A stretch of 64,000 nt of DNA from an uncultured Rickettsiales bacterium (GCA_964425605.1 CAYRNR010000033.1:31-64030); one strand, 5' to 3'; positions 26,022 to 35,639 are shown, counted from the stretch's first letter. Notes: a model not told the origin generated them from the letters alone. Translations and numbers: made by a program.

Positions 26022-26930
26022 CTACGCGGTGCCGTCGCTGCCCCAGATGGAGCGGTAGTCGCCCACGCCGACGGCGTAGGAGCCGCGGACGCCGTACTGG
26101 TACTCGTCGCGGTTCCAGACGTTGTCGCTGTCCTCGTTGAACCGAGCGGCGAACTTCAACGCCTCCTGGATCTGATGCACGAAGGGCGGCATCTCCTTGA
26201 CGGCGAGGAACCAGTAGGCGGGGTTGGAGTGGAGCATGGGCACCACGACGACCTCGGCCTGGCCCTTGCGGACGTTGGTCTCACCGGAGGAGCCGGTGTT
26301 CGCGACGACGATGGCGCGCGCGGCGTCCTCGAGGTCGGGGGGAACGATCAACGCCAGGCTCTCCATGCCTCCCCAGCGATAGCCGTTCTTCTCGTCCTCG
26401 AACGAGTACAGGGCGGCTCGGGCCGCCGCGAAAGAGGTGCCCGCGAGAGCGGCGGTGCCCTTGTTGTTGATGGTTACCGAGGGACGGCCCACGGTGTGGT
26501 TGGTGGCGCACAGGGCCTTGCCGTCGTGGGCCTTGGTGCCGCTGAACGCGTTGTTGAGCAGGCCGCCCATGAGGTACAGGGGGTGCGTCCGGGCGCGGCG
26601 GGCCAGGTTGTCGATCTGGGGTCCGTACAGCGCCGCACGGCCGAGTCGCATGTGCTTGCCCGGAATGGCCAGCGCGACGTCGTAGTCGATGTTGGTGATG
26701 GTCTGCTTGCCCAGCTTGAAGCCGACGACCTTTCGATCGCCCTTGCGCTCCACCGGCATCGCCATCGCTTCGGGGATCGGGTAGTCGACCACGTCCCCCT
26801 TGTCGTTGATCACGACCATCAACTGGAAACCGGGGTGGCTTCCGGAGAGGTCGAACTGCTTGTTGAACCGCGTGTTGATGGCTCGCCCGTAGGTGGCGAA
26901 CGATGCGGCACCAGCGACCTTTGCGCCCAT
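26022..26930 (-). CDS. Mu-like major head subunit (gpT family)
   Basis: 302 aa. gpT-like sequence (PIPEAMAMPVERKGDRKVVGFKL..., NPAYWFLA). Synteny supports the call. Confidence 0.8.
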   Translation of the reverse strand: MGAKVAGAASFATYGRAINTRFNKQFDLSGSHPGFQLMVVINDKGDVVDYPIPEAMAMPVERKGDRKVVGFKLGKQTITNIDYDVALAIPGKHMRLGRAALYGPQIDNLARRARTHPLYLMGGLLNNAFSGTKAHDGKALCATNHTVGRPSVTINNKGTAALAGTSFAAARAALYSFEDEKNGYRWGGMESLALIVPPDLEDAARAIVVANTGSSGETNVRKGQAEVVVVPMLHSNPAYWFLAVKEMPPFVHQIQEALKFAARFNEDSDNVWNRDEYQYGVRGSYAVGVGDYRSIWGSDGTA

Positions 26931-27001
26931 GATTTCTTCCTCCGCTTGCGGGCCCGAAGTACCCGCGTGTTGCTCTCTACTTCAGCTCTCGTCGGCGCCT
27001 A

Positions 27002-27844
27002 TCAGCCGCCGTAGATGGCCAGGACCTTGTACTTGACCGTGTTGGTGACGGTGACCTTGACGTTGGTGGCGTCGTGGGTGCCCTCGTCGATGTCGAAGCT
27101 CGTCCCGGTGGCGTAGTCCGTGGGGACGACGATGACCTGGGTGGGAGTCCCGGCCAGGCCGTGGGCGATGCTCTGCTCGCTGCCGTCTCCGGTCTGCTCG
27201 GTGGAGGCGAAGAAGCTGTTCTTCACCACCACGGGGTTGGCCGCCGCGGGCGTGGGGGCTGCGAGTCCCGCCTTCTCGTCGGCGGTGGGGACCTTGGCGT
27301 CGGCGGCGGCCAGGGCGGCCTGCAGGCCACCGGCCGGGAAGTGGGTCAGCGCGCCCTCGACGTCGATCTCGGTGGCGTCGTGCTTGCTGGTCCCGCCGTC
27401 CAGGTGGGCGTCGGCCAGGCCCTCGATGACGTCCATGTCCGGGTGGATGGCCACCCAGACTCCCTCGGAGTTGACCTCGACGATCACGCCGACGAAGAGC
27501 TCGTTGTTGACCTCGGCCGCGAGGCCCACGGTCATGTTGTCGTACATGTAGACGCGCTTGCCGATGTCAGCCACGGTCAGCGTGGACACCGTCTCGAGGA
27601 GGAAGTCCCCCGCCACGTACCGCTCGATGGACAGGTCGCCGTCCGAGCCGGCGGAGTTGTCCACGTGCTCGTTGCTGATGCCCGCGAACTTGAAGCCCAG
27701 GCCGTCCACACCGTTCACGATGTAACCGTCGCCGTCCCAGGCCAGGAGCTGGGCCGTGTACAGCGTCTCGCCGTCGCCGACCGGACCGCCCCGCTCGATA
27801 CCATCCCGCCTGCTGATCACCTGATCTTCGGTGGTCACCGTCAT
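27002..27844 (-). CDS. putative head decoration / cement protein with C-terminal Ig-like extension
   Basis: Located between the protease-scaffold gene and the major head gene. The N-terminal part is DUF2190-like. Tentative. Confidence 0.45.
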   Translation of the reverse strand: MTVTTEDQVISRRDGIERGGPVGDGETLYTAQLLAWDGDGYIVNGVDGLGFKFAGISNEHVDNSAGSDGDLSIERYVAGDFLLETVSTLTVADIGKRVYMYDNMTVGLAAEVNNELFVGVIVEVNSEGVWVAIHPDMDVIEGLADAHLDGGTSKHDATEIDVEGALTHFPAGGLQAALAAADAKVPTADEKAGLAAPTPAAANPVVVKNSFFASTEQTGDGSEQSIAHGLAGTPTQVIVVPTDYATGTSFDIDEGTHDATNVKVTVTNTVKYKVLAIYGG

Positions 27845-27917
27845 TGCTCTGTCTCCTCAGCTGGGCGGGTCTGGCCCGCTCCGTGGTTCCGCTTCCGCGT
27901 GTGGTTCGACGGCTCGG

Positions 27918-28973
27918 CTACTCGCCGGCCGCGCTGTACTTCTCGAAGTCCTCGTCGCTGAGGCCGAACTCGGCGTTGACGGACTTCTGCTCGTCGTCCA
28001 GCTCGACCGGCTCGCCGTCGTCACCCGTCGCGGCCTCCTTGCGCTCGGCCGGGGGCTTGGCCGCGGGGCCGGGCACGCTCGCCGGCATGCTGGCCAGGAA
28101 CTGCTCGGTCTGCTCGGGGTTGGCCTTGGCCATGGCCAGGGTGCTCTTGTGGAGCTCGGACTCCTTGTCCTTGGGCACCTTGCCGGCGGCGACGGCGCTG
28201 GCCACGATGGACTGGGCGCGCGTCTCCTTGCGGGTGGCCACGGCCTCCTTGATGGCGGTGACGTCCGCGTCCTCGCCCAGGCCGTACTCGGCGCAGATCA
28301 CCTCGCGGAGTTCCGCGTCCACGGGGACGCTGGCCTCGGCGGTGATGTTGAGGCCCGGCTTCTCCGCCCTCATTGCCGCCTCGACAGCTGCGGCCTTGGT
28401 GGAATCACCCTTGAGCTCGGCGATGATGTCCTCGATCTTCATGCTGCTACTCCCTCCAGCCAGCTCAGCAAGAGCGGTGGATGCCCCCCCGAAGAAGGGC
28501 ACGTTGGTACAGGCGAGATGGGTCATGAATGGACCCATCGGTTTCTTGGTCTTGGGATGGTTGACGTTGGGCTTGAACCCGATGGACACGTAGCCGTACT
28601 CGTCAGCCTTGTAGGAGTTGGTGCCCCGCTCGTTCCAGTCCATCTCGCAGGCGTATAGCCCGTCGTCGCGGAACTCGTAGCGCCCCACCGTGCCAAGCCT
28701 CGGCGCGGACAGGAACGGGATGCCAGTGCGGTGCCGCTCGTCGATGGGGGGCCGAAAGGACATCTCCTTGCGGTTGCGCTCCACGGTGGCGGCGAACTCG
28801 GCGTCGATGGTGAACGGCCCGGCGGGGTGGCCCTCGAAACGGCCGGCCGGTGCGACACGCAGTTCGGTTGGGGGCTCCTCACTGCGGGGGATGGAGACCA
28901 CCTCGCACATGACGATGTCGTCGCTACCGCCGAGCGTCGCCAGAATCGTCTCGAGTTCCTCTCGCTTCATCAC
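27918..28973 (-). CDS. Mu gpI-like head maturation protease / scaffold
   Basis: The N-terminal protease-like part (ELRVAPAGRFEGHPAGPFTID...PIDERH) plus an Ala/Glu/Lys-rich helical C-terminal half. Confidence 0.75.
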   Translation of the reverse strand: MMKREELETILATLGGSDDIVMCEVVSIPRSEEPPTELRVAPAGRFEGHPAGPFTIDAEFAATVERNRKEMSFRPPIDERHRTGIPFLSAPRLGTVGRYEFRDDGLYACEMDWNERGTNSYKADEYGYVSIGFKPNVNHPKTKKPMGPFMTHLACTNVPFFGGASTALAELAGGSSSMKIEDIIAELKGDSTKAAAVEAAMRAEKPGLNITAEASVPVDAELREVICAEYGLGEDADVTAIKEAVATRKETRAQSIVASAVAAGKVPKDKESELHKSTLAMAKANPEQTEQFLASMPASVPGPAAKPPAERKEAATGDDGEPVELDDEQKSVNAEFGLSDEDFEKYSAAGE

Positions 28974-31708
28974 ACGCCTCCAGCAATCGCCCGGAGGAGC
29001 TGCTCCACCAGGTCGAGATCAGGTGCCGAGGTCACGCCCAGGGTGCGCAGCACCTCGTCGGCATCGTCGGGGTACAACGCATGCGCCAGGGTCGAGGGCG
29101 ACGCGGCCGAGGCCCCGGCCACCAGGTCGTCCAAGCGGCGCCCCATGGCGCCGAAGACGTGTTCCAGTGCCTGCTTGTGGGCCTCGTCCCGGTCCATACT
29201 GGGATTGAGGTCCAAGGCCGCCTGGAGGCGCTCGGCCTCGAGCACCGTGGGCATGGCCCGCAGCCCGCCCTTGCGGATGGTGGCCATGACACCGCTCACG
29301 CCCGACTCGGTCAGTCGCACCAGGCCGCGCCGGAGCTGGTCCGGGGACACGGCCTCGGACGTCAGCAGCGGGCCGTCGAGGCTCTTGAACAGCCTCGCCG
29401 CCTCGTCGGGGCTGCCCAGGCCGGGGATGGACCCGAACGCCCGAGCCTTGTCCTCGGAGGGGAACTGCCGCAGCACGCGGCCCATGCCCGCCGCAGGCGC
29501 GCTGGGCCAGTCCGGCATCAGGGCGATGTCCTCGCCGCTGGCCACCTGCAAGCCCATGGACTTGACCATGGCCTCGGACAGCTCGATCGGCGTGGAGCGA
29601 CATCCGTGGTGGTTGGGCGGCGTGGCGTAGTTCCAGATCGGGTCGTCCTTCCGGAAGACCTTGCCGTCCATGTCCCTGCAGAATGCCGACGTGTCGTCGT
29701 CGAGGACCGCGTCGTACAGCCAGTACGGCGCCCGCTCCATGCCCTCGGGGGACATCTCCTCGGCGTACCGTGCGGCCATCTGCGACTGGCGGATGGCGTT
29801 CCCGTAGACAAGCTCGGCCCGGTGCTCGGACATCGGCGTGATGCCGTGGGCCTCGAAGATCTCGTCCACCTGGTCGAGCCACTCGGCGAACCCGGTGCCG
29901 TCGTACTCCGCCCGGAACAGCGAGTCCTGGACCTTCTCAACGGCGCGCAGACTCTCGACGCCGGCCAGCGTGAACGCCTTGCCACGGTGCTCGGCCTCGA
30001 GCGCGTAGTACGCCTTGGGCGTCATCCCCTGTCGCAGGGCCATCGCCTGCAGCTCGCCGAGGTTCGGCAGGTTGGGGACGTCGTCCATCGCCACCTCGGC
30101 GGCGATGTCCTCCCCGCGACGGCGGGACGCCTCGTACGTCCGCAAGTACGCCGCCAGCATCCCCCTGAAAAGGGTGTCCTCCAGCTCCGCCCGATTGGAG
30201 CTGAGGACCGGCTTCAACAGGTCTCGGGCCCGCTCGTGATCCTTCGCCTCTCCCACCGCCTGCTTGATGGCGTCTCGGATGGTGCCCCAGGCCGAGTCGG
30301 TGCGCTCCAAGAGAGCCGCGAGCAGCGGGGCCTCGTCCGGCTCAGGCGCCGCAGGTAGCCCGCGCCGCCCCGCCGTCACACCGCCTCCGCCGAGCTCGGC
30401 CTTGACCTCTGGGTCCCCGGCTGGTGGCGGAAGCTGCAGGGGCTGGCTCGCCCGCACCAGGACATCGTCGTCGTCGTGAGGTTCGGGCAGCTGGTAGCGC
30501 TCCTGGATGTACTGCCGCGTCAGCGGGTAGCCCATCTCCTGGAGGTCCTTGTCCCGGCTGACCAGCGCGGCCAGGTCCTCCTCCTCCTCGACGTTGATCA
30601 CGAACCGAGGGGGCGGGACCTCCGCGCCGAAGTTCCACATACACCACGGCGCCAGCAGCTGGTCGGTGATGGTCCCTTGCAGGGAGGTCGCATCCTCCTC
30701 CTTGATCTCCTGCTTGACCGCCCAGTGGACCTCGCCCAGCGACCGCGCACCCTTGTCACCCGACCTCGACGTCAGATTCTGGCCCAGCAGCAGCAGCGCG
30801 TAGGACTCGGCGCCCCAGTCCATCAGGTCCTTGTGGTTGCCGCCGCCCTGTTTCTCCAGGGTCTTGATGACCTCGATGGTCGCGTCATCGGGGATGACCG
30901 CGTACGTGTCGCGGCCCATGCTCTTGACGGCCGCCTCGATGACGTTGATCACCTTCGGGTTGGTACCCGGGCGGTACTTGGCCACCCGCATCGGGATCCC
31001 GAGAATCTCCAGCAGCTGCACCCAGCTCTTCAGCCCGAAGTTTCGGAACAGGTAGATCCACGCCAGGGGCCGGAACAGCCCGCCCCGGTTGATGTCGCCG
31101 GAGAGCGGATTGTGGGTGTGGACGATGAACTTCCCCGGCTGGAGGGGAGCGCCGTCGAGGGGAGCGGTCTCGGTGAGCAGGCGCAGCTCGCTGTGCGTCT
31201 CCTCGTCCACCGTGAACCACTTCTGGTGCCGCCAGGCGAAGCCGATCGGCATGACGCCGTTGGCGGACGTGTGCCAGTCCACCTCGACCGCGGCGTAGCC
31301 CTTGCCCACACCGTCCAGCAGCCACTCGAGGGCCTTGCGGAACTTCCCGTCGAGCCCCTTGAGCATGGCCTCGGCTTCCTCGGCGGCCTGCACCGAGCGG
31401 GCGTTGCTCTCGTCGCCGGGGCTGCAGCTGAACGGCGCGTTGGCCACGGGTCGTATGCGGTCGAGGTACCGGCCGAGGAGCTCGGTGTCCTTCTCGACCA
31501 TGTCCTCGAACAGCTCCATCTGTTCGTAGGCGTCACCGCCAGCAGCGGCGTCGAGGATGGCGATCAGTCGTGCCGGATTGAGCCCCTTGCTGGGGTGCAT
31601 CGAGTCGATGGTGCGGCTGCCGTACCGGCTGGGATCGCCCTGGCGGTTCCTGCCGGGGCGAAGCGGAATGCGCCGCAGACTGGCCCAAACGTCGGCCCAG
31701 ACGCCCAT
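28970..31708 (-). CDS. portal (DUF935, Mu gp29-like) fused to MuF-like minor head protein (gp30-like), plus an unassigned C-terminal extension of about 200 aa
   Basis: A single 912-aa ORF. The N-terminal half is DUF935-like (MELFEDMVEKDTELLGRYLDRIRPV...). The middle matches Phage_Mu_F (YWLYDAVLDDDTSAFCRDMDGKVFRKDDPIW...PPNHHGCRSTPIEL). The start overlaps the TerL stop. Confidence 0.75.
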   Translation of the reverse strand: MGVWADVWASLRRIPLRPGRNRQGDPSRYGSRTIDSMHPSKGLNPARLIAILDAAAGGDAYEQMELFEDMVEKDTELLGRYLDRIRPVANAPFSCSPGDESNARSVQAAEEAEAMLKGLDGKFRKALEWLLDGVGKGYAAVEVDWHTSANGVMPIGFAWRHQKWFTVDEETHSELRLLTETAPLDGAPLQPGKFIVHTHNPLSGDINRGGLFRPLAWIYLFRNFGLKSWVQLLEILGIPMRVAKYRPGTNPKVINVIEAAVKSMGRDTYAVIPDDATIEVIKTLEKQGGGNHKDLMDWGAESYALLLLGQNLTSRSGDKGARSLGEVHWAVKQEIKEEDATSLQGTITDQLLAPWCMWNFGAEVPPPRFVINVEEEEDLAALVSRDKDLQEMGYPLTRQYIQERYQLPEPHDDDDVLVRASQPLQLPPPAGDPEVKAELGGGGVTAGRRGLPAAPEPDEAPLLAALLERTDSAWGTIRDAIKQAVGEAKDHERARDLLKPVLSSNRAELEDTLFRGMLAAYLRTYEASRRRGEDIAAEVAMDDVPNLPNLGELQAMALRQGMTPKAYYALEAEHRGKAFTLAGVESLRAVEKVQDSLFRAEYDGTGFAEWLDQVDEIFEAHGITPMSEHRAELVYGNAIRQSQMAARYAEEMSPEGMERAPYWLYDAVLDDDTSAFCRDMDGKVFRKDDPIWNYATPPNHHGCRSTPIELSEAMVKSMGLQVASGEDIALMPDWPSAPAAGMGRVLRQFPSEDKARAFGSIPGLGSPDEAARLFKSLDGPLLTSEAVSPDQLRRGLVRLTESGVSGVMATIRKGGLRAMPTVLEAERLQAALDLNPSMDRDEAHKQALEHVFGAMGRRLDDLVAGASAASPSTLAHALYPDDADEVLRTLGVTSAPDLDLVEQLLRAIAGGV

Positions 31709-33417
31709 CAGTAGGCCCCCGCCCCAAAGGACATCTCACGGCCCCCACCTCGGTAGGCGAACCGCTGCGTCCCTGTCCTTGCGTGATTTAGGTAGGCGGT
31801 GGCCGTTAAGTCGGGTACGTCCTTCCGCCCCTTGGGCTGTCGAACGAACTGGCGCACAGACGGTTTCATCTCCGGCGTGCTCTTGAACCGGATTTTCCCC
31901 CGGCGAACCGGGTGGCTGATGGACATGATGCGGGTGTCTTTGTCGCCGTCCGGCACGGGGAAGCCGGTGCCGAAGATGCCGTGTACGCCCTCCTCCTTGG
32001 CGATCTTCTCCAGCAGCGGCTGCATCAGCTCCTGGAAGCCCACGTCCTCGAAGCGAGCGGCCTCGCCGATGAGGTCGAACTCGATCATCAGCCGGATGAT
32101 CTCCTTGCAGGTCTCCTCCGGCCGGCGAATGGTCTCGTCGGCGTGGTGGATGAACAGGACGCCGTTGAGTTCGTCCCACTGCTCGACGAGCAGGGCTGGG
32201 CTGTCGGACTTGCTGTTTCGGCCCAGCGCCGGGTCGCACCAGACCGTGGGCTTGGTCAGCGTCCGCCCCTCGAGGTCCGGGTCGTCGAAGTAGGTGTAGT
32301 CCTTGAGGCTGGTGGGGAAGGGCTTGCCTGTCTCGTCCGGCGCCTCCGACAGGTACTCCTTGCCGAACTCGGCCTCGCCCATGTCCTCGCGCATCTCGTA
32401 CAGCTCTGCGAGCGTCCAGCGCGCTTCCCACAGGGCGGTCTCATTGCCCGTGTCGGGGTCGGTGTTGATGGCGCTGAACTTCTTCTTGGCGAACCGCTTG
32501 AACTTCCCCTTGTCGAGCAGCTCAGTGAGCAGCGTGTACGTGGCAAGGACGGTTCCCACCAGGAACAGCCGCCCTGGGCTGGGATCGGTGAGAGGCGCGA
32601 GTCCGCCCATCACCGCACCCTTGAACCACGAAATGACCTTGTCGGTCGTGTCGTTGTTCGCGGCTTGCTCGTCGTCCTCGATATCGTCGCACTTAATTCG
32701 GTCCGGCCGGTGCGGTCCGTGCCGTCGTCCACGGATCTTCTTCTGCCCTCGACCAAACGCGGCCACCTGGCTGGTGCCGCGACGCGCGAGCGCTGGGCCG
32801 AACTCGTCGCGCAGGACGCGCTGGACGTGCTCGACGACCTGATTGAGGTCGCAATCGAAAAGGGCAGCGAGCGCGACGCGGTCGTCGTAGGTCAGCGCCT
32901 CGGCGATCTCCTCGTCGGCGAACACTGGCACCGTCACCTGCTCGCCCGAGGTGATGAACTGCGCGTCGTTCCAGGTGTTGCCGCGGTCGGTCAGGTCGCC
33001 GAAGTCCCGGCGGAAGTGATCGTTGTCCTCGAGCTCATCCTTGATGCCGCCGACGAACTCCGCGGCCGAGTCCTTGGTCGTCGAGATGATCTGCAGGTAC
33101 CAGAACTTGCGGAACGCCAGCTCCCAGAGGCTGTGCGCGAACGTGATCACCGTGGACTTGGCGTGACCACGCGGAGCGGCGACGGCCGCGAACCGCTCGT
33201 TGTCGCAGATATCGATCAGCTCGAGGTGGAAGTCCGGGGACTCCTGCGTGAAGTAGTGCCCCAGGTACGTCCTGAACCACCACCCGATATCCACCCAGCC
33301 GCGAACCCAGCGCACCGCTTGCTTGGCCGGCGAGTCGTCCTCGAACGGAGACGCGCCGAGCCACGCCTGGCGCTCCAGCTTGTCGAGCCGCTTCCACGCC
33401 TGGCGCTCGGTGGTCAC
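31708..33417 (-). CDS. terminase large subunit
   Basis: Walker-A-like APRGHAKST plus a nuclease-like C-terminal half. Synteny supports the call. Confidence 0.8.
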   Translation of the reverse strand: MTTERQAWKRLDKLERQAWLGASPFEDDSPAKQAVRWVRGWVDIGWWFRTYLGHYFTQESPDFHLELIDICDNERFAAVAAPRGHAKSTVITFAHSLWELAFRKFWYLQIISTTKDSAAEFVGGIKDELEDNDHFRRDFGDLTDRGNTWNDAQFITSGEQVTVPVFADEEIAEALTYDDRVALAALFDCDLNQVVEHVQRVLRDEFGPALARRGTSQVAAFGRGQKKIRGRRHGPHRPDRIKCDDIEDDEQAANNDTTDKVISWFKGAVMGGLAPLTDPSPGRLFLVGTVLATYTLLTELLDKGKFKRFAKKKFSAINTDPDTGNETALWEARWTLAELYEMREDMGEAEFGKEYLSEAPDETGKPFPTSLKDYTYFDDPDLEGRTLTKPTVWCDPALGRNSKSDSPALLVEQWDELNGVLFIHHADETIRRPEETCKEIIRLMIEFDLIGEAARFEDVGFQELMQPLLEKIAKEEGVHGIFGTGFPVPDGDKDTRIMSISHPVRRGKIRFKSTPEMKPSVRQFVRQPKGRKDVPDLTATAYLNHARTGTQRFAYRGGGREMSFGAGAY

Positions 33418-33896
33418 TCAGCCACCTCGAGCTTCTTGAACACGAAGCCGGCCATCTCTCGGAGGTGCTCCTTGAACGAGTACAGCACCGAGGGCGCGAA
33501 CTCCTCGAGGTACGCCACGATGGCCTCGATGGTCTCGACCACGATCTCGCGCTTGTCCCGGTCCGAGATGTCCTCACTGTCCTTGCGGTAGAAGCGCTCG
33601 GGGAACATCCGCTCCAGCGAGGCCAGGGCGTGAATCTTCTGGGGGTCGCCGTCCTTGTCCTTCAGGGCGGACCGAACCGCGTTGAGCTTCAGCTCGAAGA
33701 TGGCCGAGCGGTACTCCGTGGAGCTGGCGTTGTGCGCCTTGCGCTCATCCATCCAGTCCTGCTTGCGGCCCTTGCGCTGTAGCGCGGTGACCGTGATGCC
33801 GCTCTTCTCGGCGGCCTCCGCGTACGTACATCCCTCGAGCACCACCAGGTCGTGGGCCTGCTGGTACTGCTCCAGGGAGTACTTGCGGCGGCTCAT
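33414..33896 (-). CDS. terminase small subunit (HTH, Mu gp27-like)
   Basis: N-terminal HTH (EGCTYAEAAEKSGITVTALQRKGRKQDW). It overlaps the TerL start. Confidence 0.6.
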   Translation of the reverse strand: MSRRKYSLEQYQQAHDLVVLEGCTYAEAAEKSGITVTALQRKGRKQDWMDERKAHNASSTEYRSAIFELKLNAVRSALKDKDGDPQKIHALASLERMFPERFYRKDSEDISDRDKREIVVETIEAIVAYLEEFAPSVLYSFKEHLREMAGFVFKKLEVAE

Positions 33897-34234
33897 TCCG
33901 GTCGCCGTCCAACACCCGGAACGGTGGTCGTACCCTCGTACACGTCGATGCCGTCCGGGGTGATGCGGTAGAAGGTGAACCGGGCTTTTGCGACCTGGCG
34001 CCGCTGGCTCTCGATGAGCCCCTTGCGCTCGAGGTATCCGAGGTGCCGGCCGAGGGCGCCGCCCGACAGATCGGTCACCAGCTCGATGGGCTTGCGGATG
34101 ACTCGTTCGGCCAGCCAGTCAGCCTGCTCGTACAGAAGCTGGAGGATGACGACCCGGACGAGCTGAGCCTCCTCGGACAGCGTGTCCACGGTCTTGGGCT
34201 CGTCTTGGGAGGAGCTACGGCGGACTCGTGTCAT
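33893..34234 (-). CDS. winged-helix DNA-binding protein
   Basis: LGRHLGYLERKGLIESQRR...FYRITPDGIDV is a MarR/PadR-like wHTH. Confidence 0.55.
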   Translation of the reverse strand: MTRVRRSSSQDEPKTVDTLSEEAQLVRVVILQLLYEQADWLAERVIRKPIELVTDLSGGALGRHLGYLERKGLIESQRRQVAKARFTFYRITPDGIDVYEGTTTVPGVGRRPE

Positions 34235-34572
34235 CGGCCCATCTCCATCATCTTGAGGATCGTGTTGACGTTGGCGTCGATGCCGCCGACCTTGACGTTG
34301 ATGTCGTCGACCTGGTCTTCAATTCGATCCAGGCGCTTCTCCATGGCGTCTTGGCGCTCGTCGAGCCTCGCAACCTGGAGCTCGACGCTCTTCGCCGCGT
34401 TCCAGTCCTCGTACCTCTCGACCTCGGCCGGAGCCTTGGAGGACTCGACCTTCGTGGTCGTGGTCAGGGTCTTGGTCTTGCTGCGGAACAGGGAGGGGAT
34501 GACACGTGGAGCAACGGCGACGGCGAGCGCCAGGGAAAGCGCGGTGATGGCGATCTCCTGCAAGTACGGCAT
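34231..34572 (-). CDS. N-terminally membrane-anchored coiled-coil protein (first gene of the leftward late operon)
   Basis: Start taken at the ATG at 34572. One TM (IAITALSLALAVAVAP), then coiled coil. Spanin- or holin-accessory-like architecture; the function is unproven. Confidence 0.5.
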   Translation of the reverse strand: MPYLQEIAITALSLALAVAVAPRVIPSLFRSKTKTLTTTTKVESSKAPAEVERYEDWNAAKSVELQVARLDERQDAMEKRLDRIEDQVDDINVKVGGIDANVNTILKMMEMGR

Positions 34573-34718
34573 CAGGAGCGGTTCCCCCCGGAACAATGGG
34601 CAGTGAAGGTAGGCCGGTGGGCGGGTCGCGGGCCCCGCCGGTACCGAACGATGCGTGTCAACAAGAAAGGAGTTCCCATGCCAGCTTCCACCGGCGCCGA
34701 AGCGCCTACTGCATCAGC

Positions 34719-34766
34719 GGGGCGGGATAGGAGTCCAGGTCCCGCGCGAACCTGGACTCCCCGCCC
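34719..34766. promoter_or_regulatory. large imperfect hairpin (11-bp perfect stem ggagtccaggt/acctggactcc, 9-nt loop, extended by GC arms)
   Basis: Read directly from the sequence. It lies between the lysogeny-side genes and the late operon and has no U-tract. Confidence 0.5.
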
Positions 34767-34854
34767 AGAAACTGCACGAGACCGAAGAGGATTGGGTTGC
34801 TTCCGCGGTTCGTGCTGTCAGGACTCAGCCAACCACGGATTCGTGGGGGATGCC

Positions 34855-34903
34855 TTCGCTGTAGACACACTATTTCGCTGTAGACACAGAATCGACAGCG
34901 AAA
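34855..34903. promoter_or_regulatory. two direct 15-nt repeats TTCGCTGTAGACACA (19-nt period) plus one inverted partial copy
   Basis: Identical copies at 34855-34869 and 34874-34888. 34892-34903 is the reverse complement with one mismatch. Confidence 0.6.
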
Positions 34904-34921
34904 CCGCCAGGACGGCGGGGA

Positions 34922-35365
34922 TCAGAAGGGGAAGGAGAGGGCGATCCCGACGATGAGACAGAGTGCGGAGATCGCCGCGACGACGACCTTGGCCACGTGA
35001 CAGGTGGTCACGATGCGGTACGAGGGCGCTTCGGTCTCGAGCTGGGCACCCGCATACTCCTGCAGCTCCATCACGTTCACCAGCCGCCACGCGACGTAGT
35101 AGTTGGCGGTCCGCTGTCCCGCGTCCAAGAGCAACGCCGCAATTGCGGTGGCCATGCCGGCGACAACGAGCGCACGCGACTCGTCCGACAGAGGAAAGCT
35201 CAGCTCGGGCTTGAGGACCAACAGGCCCCAGCTCGTCGCCAGCGCACCGAGCGCAAGGGTCCGGACCGTCTTGCTCAGCTCGGCCGAGGCGTCACCGTGC
35301 ATCTCGTTGGCATCGGCGAACGAGTGCCCTACCCCCTCGGGGGCTTCATGGACCAGCTGTTTCAT
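34922..35365 (-). CDS. multi-pass membrane protein, immunity-region gene
   Basis: 147 aa with 3-4 hydrophobic helices. It lies downstream of, and on the same strand as, the repressor. Confidence 0.6.
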   Translation of the reverse strand: MKQLVHEAPEGVGHSFADANEMHGDASAELSKTVRTLALGALATSWGLLVLKPELSFPLSDESRALVVAGMATAIAALLLDAGQRTANYYVAWRLVNVMELQEYAGAQLETEAPSYRIVTTCHVAKVVVAAISALCLIVGIALSFPF

Positions 35366-35383
35366 CCTGCGCGTCCTTGGGCG

Positions 35384-35575
35384 CTACTGCTGCGCCTTGG
35401 GTGGCTTGACTGAAGACAGCCGCTTCTCGACCTTCTTCTTGCCCTTGCTGAGGCCAGTCGGCAGCTCCCCGAGGATGCTGTCGTCGCGCCGAGGCGACTC
35501 TCGACGGTCCTCATGGATGATCTCACGGTCACGGCTGTCGCCCCTGTCGCGGCGCTGTTGCTTCTTGTCGGTCAT
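35384..35575 (-). CDS. small highly basic/charged protein
   Basis: 63 aa (MTDKKQQRRDRGDSRDREIIHEDRR...). It ends 18 nt before the next gene. Confidence 0.4.
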   Translation of the reverse strand: MTDKKQQRRDRGDSRDREIIHEDRRESPRRDDSILGELPTGLSKGKKKVEKRLSSVKPPKAQQ

Positions 35576-35639
35576 GGTAGCTGAGTCCCCCAGTTCGTAC
35601 GAGTGGTTTTGGGTTCAGTCGGCCCTCTCGCCAAATACG

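Noticed and set aside
34678-34956. Plus-strand ORF with a very good AAGGAG-N5-ATG start in the late-operon control region
   Set aside because: Third-codon-position GC is only about half by hand count, unlike real genes here. The product is Arg-rich nonsense-like and overlaps the hairpin and repeats. The SD-like motif is probably fortuitous.
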